Source: Octopus sinensis
Lineage: Eukaryota
Reading direction: 5' to 3'
Length of the DNA stretch: 64,000 bases
Assembly (NCBI RefSeq): GCF_006345805.1
Contig: NC_043001.1
Coordinates: 14,632,001-14,696,000 of the forward strand
The notes beneath the pieces are model-generated. The model was not told the origin of the DNA. It did not search any database and worked only from the letters and a program-made list of their open reading frames with translations. Position 1 is the stretch's first letter, and each line of letters opens with the position of its first letter. Position numbers and translations under genes: made by a program. This document shows positions 12,998-26,648 of this stretch, one piece after another.

Positions 12998-13948
12998 TAT
13001 ATATATATATGTATATGTATGTATATATCTATGCATGCACGCTTGTATACGCACAATATGCAAACAATATGTATACGTGTATGCATGCAAATATATGCAA
13101 GCATTGGCGGGGTTTTGGAATAGCTGACACACATTGGGTTTTTCTGTTTTGGGTGGAATTTTAATCCTTGCTTTTTTTTGTGTGTGTACTATGCATTTCA
13201 AAAATAAATGGGAAAGCATTTTCTCAAAACAAAAAAAATGCCCTATACACCCTCTCCTCGAACCTTCACAACACGACAGCCATCAATAAAATATTTTTTT
13301 ATTCGCTTTTCTCTAAATATATTATTCCATATTTTGGAACACATGTAACCCAAATATAAACAACTGCTTGCAAACGTTTGTGTGTGTGTATGTCTGTGTA
13401 TAAAACAAGCACACAGACGTCTGAAGACGTCATTTTCGTACATCGTGCATTTCCTGGCTGCAATATTGGATGAATGAATTCAGAGGAAGATGGCACGGAT
13501 GAATGAACAGGTGCGAGGCAGAAGGAGGAGGAGAAGGCGGGGGTATTAAAACTAAGGAAAGAAACTTCAACGAAACAGAACAGAACAACCTCACCAGTTC
13601 TATCACAAAAATAATAATAATAATAATAATAATAATAATTAATTCGTTTATTGGCCCACAAGGGCTGACAAAAATTAATTAAAAACATAAAGGGACAAAA
13701 AACACAGGACGCGAAAGTTACAAAGGGTTTTTTGTCCGTTTGCAAAAATAAAACCGTGTAAAAATTCCAGAGATAACAACGAAAATATAACAATTGGAAT
13801 TCCCAATTAGGGGAAGGAAATAATAATAATAATAATAATAATAACAGCAAACCAAAAGGAACAAGGTGATCGAATGCAATCAAAGAAGCAAGTTTGTTAT
13901 GAATATTCAACAGGATTAAAGATACAGCTATCAGAAATGTACACACAT

Positions 13949-14009
<61 letters not shown>

Positions 14010-14989
14010 ATTCATCCAAGCATACGTGTCTGATATTTAGAAAAAAAGCACAATATATCACCAAAACTATTTATGTGTGTTTTGATTTACAAAGGGTGGG
14101 GTATATATATATATTCAGGTAGGGCTGGTGAGGTGCATTTGCTTCGATAAAAACGAATAAACTCTGATTTGAGTTTAATTAATTAATTCAAAGTCAATAG
14201 GTCTTCTTCCATCCGTTGTAATTGATTATATATGTATGTAGTAATAATGATGATGATGATGATGATGGTAGTAGAGATGTGGGGTGGATGTAAAGTGGGA
14301 GGGGGGGAAAAATTGTAGAAGGAGAGAGAGAGAAAAAACTGAGTAAACTCACCTTATTAAACTCGGGTCTTGCAATGTGCGACGGGACAGAGCAGAGCAG
14401 AGGAGAGATATTTTGCTCTATCTTAAAAGTGGTGGGTAGGAAAAACCTATCACGTGGTAAGCCGATCATGCAATGGAAAGTCTTGTTGTTGTTGCTGCTG
14501 CTAATGATGACGATGATGATGATGTTGTTGTTGTTGTTGTTGTCGTCGTCGTCAGGAGTTTCGGGTGGAGGAGCGAGCGTGTGAGAAGATTAAGAATTCT
14601 ATATACTGCAGTGTTATAATAATAATAATAATAATAATAATATAAGGGGGTAACACGAAGCAGGGGGAGGCGAGCGAATTAAATGGTGGCTGACTTGACT
14701 ATACGTGTAGAGGTTGCTGCTGCTGCTGCTACTGCTGCTGGTGATAATCTATAACGGAGCTTGCAGTAGTAGTAGTAGTAGCGGTGGTTGCGGTAGTTGC
14801 AGTGGTAGTACTAGTGGCGGGTGTTGCGGTAGTTTGATTGTGTTAATGGTAGTAACAAATAATGACAGTTTTAGTTAATAGTACTAAGGTTGTTGTAGTA
14901 GTAGTGTTAGTGGTAGTAGCGCATAGGCGCAAGAGGTGGTGGTGGTGGTAGTGGTGGAACAATTGACGACATCGTTGACGTTTGTACAA

Positions 14990-15552
14990 GTAGCAGTAGT
15001 AGTCGTGGAAATTGTAGTAGTAGTAGTAGTAGCAGCAGCAGTGGTGGTGGTAGTAGTAGTAATTCTTGTAGAAATAGTAGTAGTAGTTGTAGTAATAGTA
15101 ATTCCTGTAGTAGTAGTAGTAGTAAGATTTGTTTTAGTCCTGGTATTAGTAGTAGCAGTAATTTTTGCTGTAGTAGTAGTAGTAGTAGTAGTAGTAATTC
15201 TTGTAGTAGTAGTAGTAATTCTTGTAGTAGTAGTAGTAGTAGTAGTAATAGTAATTCCTGTAGTAGTAGTAGTAATGGTAGTAGTACCAATAGTAGTAGT
15301 AGTAGTAAGATTTGTTTTAGTACTGGTATTAGTAGTAGCAGTAATTTTTGCTGTTGTTGTAGTAGTAGTAGTAATTCTTATAGTAGTAGTAGTAGTAATG
15401 ATAGTAGTACCAATAGTAGTAGTAGTAGTAGTAAGATTTGTTTTAGTACTGGTATTAGTAGTAGCAGTAATTTTTGTTGTTGTAGTAGTAGTAATTCTTG
15501 TAGTAGCAGTAGTAGTAATAGTAATTCTAGTAGTAGTAATAGTGGTGGTGGT
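14990..15552. repeat. (AGT)n trinucleotide tract with higher-order repeat
   Basis: Module AAGATTTGTTTTAGT(C/A)CTGGTATTAGTAGTAGCAGTAATTTTTG at about 15124, 15307 and 15433. Confidence 0.9.
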
Positions 15553-16049
15553 GACACTAAATTTTTAGCGTTACTTTCACAATGCAGGGCTCCACCACCC
15601 TCCTCCGAGGTCCGTTGCTATAAGTAAATATATGGACGACCATGCAAAACAAGGAATTTATCCAGATCTCATTATTTACATTTCCTGCACAACTTACAAC
15701 AACAAAAGCTTGAAGCCTACGGTCGAGTCTGTACGAAGCCACTCGACCTGCTAGAAAGAGCGGCCAAATTACTGCCAAATCAAACGGAACCGTCATAAAC
15801 AAGGGTTAATATGGTTGGTCCTAGATTGATGCTCTGTCTGAAAAAAGATGTGATGGTCACGCCTGGAACCTTTTAAATCATAAACCTCACTCTGAAGCTA
15901 CACAACGTGCTCTTCCTACTTATTTGATGCCTTTACATGGCCCCTAATTGAACCAGAATATCACTGAGTGAAGCTCTAAGTCAACCCTTGCCGGATTCAA
16001 GCTTATAATGCAAAGGATCGTAGCTAAATTTTAGTTTCAAATCTTAGCA

Positions 16050-16450
16050 CAAGGCCAGCAATTAAGGGGATGGGGTAAGTCGATTATGTCGACCCCTGTG
16101 ATTAACTGGTACTTATTTTATTGACCTCGAAAGGGATAAAAGGTAAAGTCGACCTCGGCGGAATTTGAACTCAGAACGTAAAGACAGACAAACTTCTTCT
16201 GGGCATTTTGCCAGGTGTGCTAACGATTCTGCCAGCTTGCCACCAGTGTAACTAAATTTTAGTCTCAAAATTTGGAACGGAGCCAACAATTTCGGGGGAG
16301 GGGGGTTAAGTCGATTGTATTGATCCAAGTGCTCAACCGGTAATTACTTTATCGATCCCGAAACAGATGAAAGGCAAAGTTGACCTCGAGGTAAAGACGG
16401 ACAAAATGTTGCTAAGCATTTTTTTCTGGCACCGTAACGATTCTTCCAAC
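16050..16450 (-). mobile_element. Two diverged SINE family B copies
   Basis: GTAAAGTCGACCTCGGCGGAATTTGAACTCAG and GAAAGGCAAAGTTGACCTCG motifs. Confidence 0.7.
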
Positions 16451-17338
16451 TGGCTGCAATCCATTTAACCTGTCATCTTCCACTGGCGTAGTGTAGGGTA
16501 TGGCCAGCATAGGGTGGTTATATGATATGCGTGTGTTTGCTGCTGTAAAAGGTATGGTACTTTGAAGGAAGTGGGTGACCAATTTGGCTACCGAGCAGGA
16601 AGGTCTGAGTTCATACTGTTGACCTTGCTTCTCATTATTTTTGTTTCTAACATAAACACTGGGTCAGAAAATTAGGGTAAGGGGTTAGTTGCTGACACTG
16701 GCTCCTGTACTAGACTGGCATTTTATTTGATGAACACCGAAAGATAAAAGGTAAAGTTGACCTCAGCATGACTTGAACTCAGAACACAAGAAGACAGAAA
16801 ACATGTACTCTAATGTTTCTGCCAATCCTTCACAGCACAGTCAATGCAGAATTAGAGAGGCGGAGCGGCATGATCCATTATGCTTGATTGGTTCTTTTGT
16901 ATTTGATCAAATCTTGGAAGCATTGAAGGCAAAGTCAGAATTTGAACTCAAGACATAAAATTACTGAATCATATACCACGATGCCTTCCAGCATTTGACC
17001 ATTTTTGTCACATGCTTGCGTCTTTTACATTAATCTTGTTTTTGTTTTTGTACTGGGAAAGGTGGTGAGATGACAGAATCGTTAGTACCTCAGATAAAAT
17101 GCTTAGTGGTGTTTCTACCAACTTTAATGTTCTGAGTTCAAATTCTGCCGAGGTCAACTTTGCCTTTCATCCTTTTGGGATCATTAAAATAGGGAGCAGA
17201 TGAGCACTGGGGTCGACATAATCGACTAGCCCCTTCCACTAAAATTTCAGGCCTTGTGTCTATAACAGAAAGGATCATACGAGCAGGTTCATCGCCAGAC
17301 TTTGGTGCTTGGGGGTGCTTAAGAATATTCAGGGTGGG

Positions 17339-17550
17339 AAGATTTTTGTAAACTGTTTTTTTTCTAAATCTGAGAGTGCACCATTGAATAATTAGGGGCC
17401 AGTACCATCCTTAGCGATGGGCATGTTAGTCAGACTTCAATAAATGTATTGTGGAAAGATTTCTGTAAACTATTTTCTAGTTTTGAGGATGCACCATTGA
17501 ACAGTGAGGAAGCATGCCGTCCAGTGCAGCTCGTTGGCGATGGGCATGTT
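17339..17550. repeat. Diverged ~115-bp tandem duplication
   Basis: AAGATTT.TGTAAACT...TGCACCATTGAA...GCGATGGGCATGTT occurs twice. Confidence 0.6.
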
Positions 17551-17739
17551 TACAAGGAAAGGTGGCTAGCTGGCAGAATCGTTAGCACTTCGAAAAAAAA
17601 GCTTTGCTGTATTTCTTCCCGTCTTTACGTTCTGAGTTCAAATGCCACCGAATCTGGCTTTATATATGATACTTTTGGTGTAAATAAATTAAATGCCATT
17701 TGAGCATTCAGGTTGGTGTAATTAACTTGGTCAATACGC

Positions 17740-18133
17740 ATAAAATCGTGGCACTCCATCGGTTACGACGATGAGAGTCCCAGCTGATACGATCAACGGA
17801 ACAGCCGGCTCGTGAAATTAACGTGCAAGTGGTTGAGCACTCCACAGACATGTGTACCCTAAAAGTAGTTCTCGGGGAGATTCAGCGTGACACAGAGTGT
17901 GACAAGGCTAGCCCTTTGAAATACAGACACAACAGAAACAGGAAGAAAGAGAGAGAGAAAGTTGTGGCGAAAGAGTACAGCAGGGTTCACCACCACCACG
18001 ACCCCTGCTGGAGCCTCGTGGAGCTTTAGGTGTTTTCACTCAATAAATGCTCACAATGCCTGATCTGGGAATCAAAACCGCAATCCTATGACCACGAGTT
18101 CGCTGCCCTAACCACTGGGCCATTACGCCTCCA
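17740..18133 (-). mobile_element. SINE family C
   Basis: Minus-strand tRNA-like head (GTGGAGGCGTAATGG...AGTGGTTAGGG) and tail shared with 47805-48130. Confidence 0.8.
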
Positions 18134-18780
18134 CAATGCATAAAATAACTGGTCTTGTACCAACACATGAAACCATTTTGATATATACGAAGAACAAATT
18201 ATATGCAAAAATGTAGAGAAGAACAGGTCCGTTAAAATTTATATTTAATTGCAATTAGATTCTTGTTGTTGTAGTGTATTATTTCTCAAGGTGGAAGCAT
18301 AATAAATTTTGGTGCAGCGTGGGACTTTAGACTGGGCCAAGTGAATAAAGTTTGCCGACGCCCTGGGAAAACCACATGCAGGTAACTTATGAGAAAAAGC
18401 TTACCAAAAACTAGGGACTGGTAAAGCAGTACAGAAACTAGAGCTCCACAATGCATAAAATATCTGGTCTTGTACCGACATGTGAAACCATTTTAATATA
18501 TACAAAGAACAAATTATATGCAAAAATGTACTACAGAAGAACAAGTTCGTTAAAATTTATATTTAATTGCAATTAGATTCTTGTTGTCATAATGTATTAT
18601 TTCTCAAGGGGGAGGCGTAATAAATTTTGGTGTAGCGTGGGACTTCAGACTGGGCCAAGTGAATAAAGTGTTGCCATAAAGTGTTAATGTGATACCCTGG
18701 GAAAACCACATGTAGGTAACTTATGAGAAAAAATCTTACCAAAAACCAAGAACTGGTAAAGCAGTACAGAAACAAGAGCT
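18129..18780. repeat. Direct tandem duplication (315 + 337 bp)
   Basis: Units start CTCCACAATGCATAAAATA at 18129 and 18444; both end CAGAAAC(T/A)AGAG. Confidence 0.9.
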
Positions 18781-18814
18781 GGCGGGTTTGTTACAAGACA
18801 ATTCAAATAGGCTA

Positions 18815-19232
18815 CTCTTTTACTTGTTTCAGTCATTTGACTGTGGCCATGCTGGAGCACTGCCTTTAGTTGAGCAAATCAACCCCAGGATTTATTCTTT
18901 GTAAGCCTAGTATTTATTCTATCGGTCTCTTTTGCCGAACCTCTAAGTTATGGGGACGTAAACACACCAGCATCGGTTGTCAAGCGATGTTGGGGGCACA
19001 AACAGACACACATACATATACACACACACACATACATATATGTATATATATATATATATATATACATATATACGACAGGCTTCTTTCAGTTTCCGTCCAC
19101 CAAATCCACTCACTAGGCTGTGGTCAGCCCGAGGCTATAGTAGAAGACAATTGTCCAAGGTGCCACACAGTAGGACTGAACCCAGAACCATGTGGTTCGT
19201 AAGCAAGCTACTTACCACACAGCCACTCCTAC
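18815..19232 (-). mobile_element. SINE family A, full length
   Basis: Reverse-complement consensus. Confidence 0.9.
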
Positions 19233-19996
19233 GCCGGGGTTTTGTTAGGCTTCCACTCAACAAAGCTCCAACTGGGCTAGGGGTTATTGGTGCAGCGAAG
19301 ACGAGGGCTAAAATTCCACCACTGAAGCTGCAGCATGGGCTTCTAGAAAGTTTTGTATAAATAAAGTAGACCGATGCAATGGTTTGCTGCTACTAGGATC
19401 CATGTTAGAACTTTATCAACCCCGGCTGAGTCAACTAAGTGAGGGGTACTGATACTGAAATACCTGATAACCCCTAAGACCTCAGAAACATCATTACATC
19501 TCAACCAGGGTCTATATGCCCTTTTGGGGCTTCATATAAGACTTTGGTGTTAAAGTTTCTGCAATAAAATTTTTTTATATTTCTCCAATGCACAAAACAT
19601 TTTAACAATTTTTATTATGCAATTCCTAATAATATTTGGTTATAAAGATATAATGGGACTTGTTTAAAACCTTGAATGTTTAACAGGGTCCAGTAGAGTA
19701 AAATAAGGACCAAAGGGCTCCAGAACCAAAATATTTTGTTCACACTTGTGTGCATGTAATTTGGGAAACTGAAGTGGGGCCTGGGCCAAAAGGGTTGGAA
19801 AGACATTGATGTAGCTTTAGGTCGGGTCTCGCTGAGCAGGCCTATGGTCAACGGCAATCCAGCCATGACATTTGATTTCTAAATCATTGTGTACCTCAGA
19901 TCAGAATAATGCATAACTCAATGTGCACTTGTTCCATTTTTGTTTTTATTTGAAACGATAGTAAATCATATATTAGCGCTTACATCCACTCTAGTA

Positions 19997-20036
<40 letters not shown>

Positions 20037-20039
<3 letters not shown>

Positions 20040-21680
20040 TCACTTGTAAATATATAAATATATATATATATATGGAAACTGAAAGAAGCCTGTCATATAT
20101 ATATATGATATAGTGGCAAGGTGCAGGCATAGCTGTGTGGTAAGAAACTTGCTTCTCAGCCACATGGTTCTGGGTTCAGTCCCACTCAGTGGAACCTTGG
20201 GCAAGAGTCTTCTACAGTAGCTTCTGGCCAACCAAAGTCTTGTGAGTGGATTTGGTAGACGGAAACTGAAAGAAACCCGTCATATAAATATATACACACA
20301 CACACATGTATATCATCATCATCATTGTTTAATGTCTGCTTTCCACGCTGGCATGGGTTGGACGGTTTGATTGAGGACTGGCAAACCAGATGGCTGCACC
20401 AAGCTCCAGTCTTGATCTGGCAGAGTTTCTACAGCTGGATGCCCTTCCAAACGCCAACCACTCAGAGAGTGTAGTATATATATGTTTATATTCATGTGTG
20501 TTTGTGACTGTGTTTATGTCTCCCGTAACCTGGCAGTTCGGCAAAATTGATACAATAACTACTAGGCTTACAAAGAATAAGTGCTGCCCTCAATTTCTTT
20601 GACTAAAATCCTTTAAGGCGATGCTCCAGCATAGCCACAGTCAAATGACTGAAACAAGTAAAAGAATAAAAGAATAAAAGAGTGTGTGTGTGTGTCATTA
20701 GACTGCGACCGGTACAGACTTGTTTTAAAGCCTGGTTCTTATTCTATCGGTCTTTTTTGCCAAACCGCTAAGTTGTGGGGACGTAAACACACCAACACTG
20801 GTTGTCAAGCAGTGGTGGTAGGGACAAAGACACAAACATATATATATATATATATATATATATGATTCACTTGTAAATATATAAATATATATATATATAT
20901 GGAAACTGAAAGAAGCCTGTCATATATATATGATATAGTGGCAAGGTGCAGGCATAGCTGTGTGGTAAGAAACTTGCTTCTCAGCCACATGGTTCTGGGT
21001 TCAGTCCCACTCAGTGGAACCTTGGGCAAGAGTCTTCTACAGTAGCTTCTGGCCAACCAAAGTCTTGTGAGTGGATTTGGTAGACGGAAACTGAAAGAAA
21101 CCCGTCATATAAATATATACACACACACACATGTATATCATCATCATCATTGTTTAATGTCTGCTTTCCACGCTGGCATGGGTTGGACGGTTTGATTGAG
21201 GACTGGCAAACCAGATGGCTGCACCAAGCTCCAGTCTTGATCTGGCAGAGTTTCTACAGCTGGATGCCCTTCCAAACGCCAACCACTCAGAGAGTGTAGT
21301 ATATATATGTTTATATTCATGTGTGTTTGTGACTGTGTTTATGTCCCCCGTAACCTGGCAGTTCGGCAAAAGTAATTGATACAATAACTACTAGGCTTAC
21401 AAAGAATAAGTGCTGCCCTCAATTTCTTTGACTAAAATCCTTTAAGGCGATGCTCCAGCATAGCCACAGTCAAATGACTGAAACAAGTAAAAGAATAAAA
21501 GAATAAAAGAGTGTGTGTGTGTGTCATTAGACTGCGACCGGTACAGACTTGTTTTAAAGCCTGGTTCTTATTCTATCGGTCTTTTTTGCCAAACCGCTAA
21601 GTTGTGGGGACGTAAACACACCAACACTGGTTGTCAAGCAGTGGTGGTAGGGACAAAGACACGAACATATATATATATAT
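20037..21680. repeat. Near-identical ~827-bp tandem duplication of a SINE mosaic
   Basis: GATTCACTTGTAAAT at 20037 and 20864; few differences; breakpoints in (TA)n. Confidence 0.9.
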
Positions 21681-21685
21681 ATATA

Positions 21686-22085
21686 GGCGCAGGAGTGGCT
21701 GTGTGGTAAGTAGCTTGCTAACCAACCACATAGTTCCGGGTTCAGTCCCACTGCGTGGCATCTTGGGCAAGTGTCTTCTGCTATAGCCCCGGGCCGACCA
21801 ATGCCTTGTGAGTGGATTTGGTAGACGGAAACTGAAAGAAGCTTGTCGTATATATGTATATATATATGTATATGTGTGTGTGTGTGTCTGTGTTTGTCCC
21901 CCTAGCATCGCTTGACAACCGATGCTGGTGTGTTTACGTCCCCGCCACTTCGCGGTTCGGCAAAAAGAGACCGATAGAATAAGTACTGGGCTTACAAAGA
22001 ATAAGTCCCGGGATCGATTTGCTCGACTAAAGGCGGTGCTCCAGCATGGCCGCAGTCAAATGACAGAAACAGGTAAAAGAGAGAG
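21686..22085 (+). mobile_element. SINE family A, full length
   Basis: GGCGCAGGAGTGGCTGTGTGG start, consensus tail. Confidence 0.9.
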
Positions 22086-22422
22086 ATATATACATATAAC
22101 AGGCTTCAGGCTTCTTTCAGTTTCCGTATATATATATATATGAGGGCTTCTTTCAGTTTCCGTCTGCCAAATCCACTCACAAGTCTTTGGTTGGCCCGTG
22201 GCAATAGTCAACGACACTTGACGAAATTGCCACGCATTGAGACTGAACTCGGAATCATGTGGTTGGTTAGCAAGCTACATACCACACAGCCACGCCTAGA
22301 TTATGCATTATATAATGTATCTTTTATGTATTTATGACGCAACCGCGTGATTTTTTGAAAGATTTGGTTGCTATTTCTAGTACCACCCACCCCCCGAGCG
22401 ACTGTATAAACAGGTTTTGACG

Positions 22423-22532
22423 ATCCTTCGGTATCGGTATGCAGGGTGTTGGTATGGTCGTTCACTCTCTTTATGTATGTCATGGAGGAAGGTTGTGTGG
22501 GTGATCGATGTCGTGTACCGATACCGAAGGAT
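22423..22532. repeat. 17-bp perfect inverted repeat enclosing a G-U-rich foldable spacer
   Basis: ATCCTTCGGTATCGGTA (22423-22439) and TACCGATACCGAAGGAT (22516-22532). Confidence 0.8.
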
Positions 22533-22579
22533 TGCCCAGATTTTCCCCAGTGACCCGCATACTATTATTGTTGTTTGTA

Positions 22580-23040
22580 GGAGAGAGAGAGACAGACAGA
22601 TACGAAGATAGAGAGGCAATGAGAGTGTGTATATGTGCGTGAGAGTGAGTGTGTAAGTGGGTGAGGGAGTTGTGCGTGAGTGAGAGTATGAGAGAGAGAG
22701 AGAGAAAGAGAGTGTGTGGGTGTGGGTGAGAAAGAGACAGACTGTGTGTGTGTGTGAAAGAAAAAGTGTGTGTATGTGTTTGTGTGTGTGTGTGCAGGAG
22801 AAAGAGGGTGGAGAAAGCGTGTGTGTGTGTGTGAGAGAGAGAGAGAGAAAGAGAGAAGGTGTATGTGATTGTGTGTGTGAGAGAGAGAATGCTTGTGCTT
22901 GTGTGTGCGTGAGAGAGTGAATGTGTGTGTGTGTTTGTGATTATATGTGTGTTTGTGATTATGTATATGTATATGTAAGAGAAAGAGAGTGTGTTTGTGA
23001 TTGTGCGTGCGAGAGAGAGAGAGAGAGTGAGAGGGGACAG
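22580..23040. repeat. Compound (GA)n/(GT)n microsatellite
   Basis: Direct reading; explains the ORF-track ORFs here. Confidence 0.9.
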
Positions 23041-23538
23041 GCAGCTAGGCACACAGAGAATAGCTTTATCCGAGATAGCACTTTGGAAAGGCGAGCAGGA
23101 AAAATCAAAGCTACATAAATTAAGGCAATATTTATGTTTGTACGATGGAAGTTGGAAGTTATAAAAGCATAGCAGGATACGGATTGGTGGAATTAGACCA
23201 GAGACTGGGTGGCTGGGTGGCTGGGTGGCAACGACGGTGAAAGCCAGAACTGGGGTTCTTCTTTCCCTTCGCAACCTTAATCATTTACCCCCACAACATA
23301 TATATACATATATGCGCGTGTGTGTTTATGTAGATACATGTGTACATATAATACACGCATATATATATATATATATATATATATAATGCACATATATATA
23401 TATATTAAATACATCTAGGTTATAAAATGAGATAGGGGTTGAAAAATTCAACCCACCATGGGATAACATATATCCAATATACTGCTAGATAGGTACCCAA
23501 ATTTTCTAATTTTGTAGTATATTAAATACATCTATATG

Positions 23539-23587
<49 letters not shown>

Positions 23588-23592
23588 TTATA

Positions 23593-23925
23593 TAGGAGTG
23601 GCTGTGTGGTAAGTAGCTTGCTTACCAACCACATGGTTCCAGGTTCAGTCCCACTACGTGGCACCTTGGGCAAGTGTCTTCTACTATAGCCTCGGGCCGA
23701 CCAAAGCCTTGTGAATGGATTTGGTAGACGGAAACTGAAAGAAGCCCGCTTGACAACCGATTGTGGTGTTTTTACGCACCCCACCCCGTAACTTAGCGGT
23801 TCGGCAAAACAGTCTGATAGAATAAGTACTAGGCTTCCAAAGAATAAGTCCCGGGGTTGATTTCCTCGACTAAAGGCGGTACTCCAGCATGCCCACAGTC
23901 AAATGACTGAAACAAATAAAAGATA
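23593..23925 (+). mobile_element. SINE family A lacking the internal microsatellite
   Basis: Head joined directly to CTTGACAACCGA body. Confidence 0.85.
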
Positions 23926-25139
23926 AAATATAAGATATATATATTTATATATACACACACAATATACATGCATATGTGTGGTTATGTATATATGTATGTA
24001 CGTATATATATATATATGTGTGTGTATGTATATATATAGTATATTTTGCATATATATATATGTATATATATATATTTTGTGTATATATATATATATATAT
24101 ATATATACAAACAGAGACAATATACTTGCATATATATGTGTGGTTATGTATATATGTAAGTTTGTTTTATGTATATATATATATGTGTGTGTGTGTGAGT
24201 GTTATATTATGTGTATATAATGTACCCCTACCATTGCTTGACAATCGATGTATTTACGTCCCCGTAACTTAGCGGTTCGGCAAAAGAAAACCGATAGAAT
24301 AAGTACTAGGCTTACAAAGAATAAGTCGTGGGGGTCGATTTATTCGACTAAAAGAGATGCTCCAGCATGGCCGCAGTCAAATGACTTGAAACAATAGAAT
24401 AAAAGAATATATTTAGGATGTATATGATGTGTGTGTGTGTACGTGTGTAAGCTAGAGAAAAGGAAAAAAGAAGAAAAAAGACAGCCGTTGATTTGGAAAC
24501 GGGGTGGCTTAAGCAGAAAAAAAATCTGGGTAGTTTAAGCAGAATGACAACTGTGGAACTATATATATCTAGAAAAATGACTATCTTTTTCTTTCTCTCC
24601 AGATATTCACACACAAAGGAAGAAGGGAAGACGAAATTAGGACGAATTGCTTACATGAGGAAAGGAAATCAATTTGTATTTTATAAGTCTGCTTGTCCCA
24701 GGGTCAAGGATTAGAAGAAAAAAACATCCGTGTATCATCAGGCAAAAAAAGCCTTAATTAAATACAACAAAATGAAGGCTTTTACAGCAATTAATTATAT
24801 TGTTTTGTCTATGTATATACACAAACACACAAACACATATATATAAGGTGATTAAAATCAAAATAAGCAACAAGGATATCCAGAGGTAATGCAGTACCCT
24901 ACTAAATTCTGGTGCCTCAACTTAAGTACCATATTCATCTGAATCTAAATTATATATATATATCATCATCATCATCATCATCATCGTTTAGCGTCCGTTT
25001 TCCATGCTAGCATGGGTTGGACGGTTCTACTGGGGTCTGTGAAGCCAGAAGGCTTCATATATATATATAATGTGTGTGTGTATATATATATAATGTGTGT
25101 GTGTGTATATATATATATGTGTGTATGTATGTATGTATA

Positions 25140-25535
25140 CTCTTTTACTTGTTTCAGTCATTTGACTGCGGCCATGCTGGAGCACCGCCTTTAGTCGAGC
25201 AAATCGACCCCGGGACTTATTCTTTGTAAGCCCAGTACTTATTCTATCGGTCTCTTTTGCCGAACCACTAGGTGACGGGGACGTAAACACACCAGCATCG
25301 GTTGTCAAGCAATGCTAGGGGGACAAACACAGACACACAAACATATACACACACATATATATATATACATATATACGACAGGCTTCTTTCAGTTTCCATC
25401 TACCAAATCCACTCACAAGGCATTAGTTGGCCCGGGGCTATAGCAGAAGACACTTGCCCAAGATGCCACGCAGTGGGATTGAACCCGGAACCATGTGGTT
25501 GGTAAACAAGCTACTTACCACACAGCCACTCCTGT
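25140..25535 (-). mobile_element. SINE family A, full length
   Basis: Reverse-complement consensus. Confidence 0.9.
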
Positions 25536-26039
25536 ATATATATAGTGTTTTTTTTTTAGAAAAACATAAATCCGGAGAAGAAGCACACTCTAAGAAGTAG
25601 AGCAGTCTATAATAATTACTGGTAAAGGCCAGGTTATAAGGTTACCCTGGGTTTCTCGCCCAGAGCCTAAAACCTGATGGCCTAGGCCATTTATGGTGAG
25701 AAGCCCAGTGTAACGCAATAAACCGGCCTTCACCAGTAGTGAATGTGTGTGTGTGTGTGTAAGGAGAGCAAGGGCACACACGGAGACGAAAAGTGTCACT
25801 GAGGGGGATCACAGATGTGTAAGAAAAGATTTCCGAAGAATGGACATGACTTAGAGTAAGAACAGTAATAAACGAGGGAAGAATGAATGTATAGTGTGGG
25901 TGTTTATTTGGCAAAAAAAAGACGACCGTCCCGAAATACAACAATATCTGTTTCAACACACGACTTCACATCTGGGATCTTACAGCACAAATTCATAAAC
26001 GTATGTGTGTGTGTGTATGTATATATATATATATATATG

Positions 26040-26230
26040 TGCGTAAAAAGCACCCACTACACTCATGGAGTGGTTGGCGTTAGGAAGGGCATCCAGCTGT
26101 AGAAACTCTGCCAGATCTGACTGGGCCTGATGAAGCCTTCCGGCTTCCCAGACCCCAGTTGAACCATCCAACCCATGCTAGCATGGAAAGCGGACGCTAA
26201 ATGATGATGATGATGATGATGATGATGATG
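26040..26230 (+). mobile_element. Family D 3' end
   Basis: GGCGTTAGGAAGGGCATCCAGCTGTAG...(GAT)n tail. Confidence 0.8.
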
Positions 26231-26462
26231 TGTGTGTGTGTGTGTGTATCAATATATGCGCTAGTGACAAAGTGTCGCTCGAGCAGGCGGACAGTGTGGT
26301 AAGAAGTTTGCTTCCCATCCACATGGTTTCGATTTCAGTCCCTCTGCATGGCACCTTAGGCAAGTGTCTTCTACTATAGCCATGGCCCGACCAAAGCCTT
26401 GTGATTGGATTTGGTAGACAGAAACTGAAAGAAGCCCGTCATATGTGTGTATGTGTGTGTGT

Positions 26463-26648
26463 GAGTTTCCCGTTGCCGTTCGTCGGACGGTTTTTGCTAG
26501 AAAAAACTGTCCGACGAACGGCAACGGGAAACTCAGAGTAACAGGTTTTGTTGAGCTTTCTGCTGCTTTAAATAAAGCATATTACTCTACCACTGGTATT
26601 TGAGTACTCTTTTTTCCACCTTGTTTCACATTTATGTGTTTACTCCGG

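Noticed and set aside
14936-15568. 210-aa poly-Val ORF and the antisense poly-Leu ORF as membrane proteins
   Set aside because: By-products of the (AGT)n repeat.
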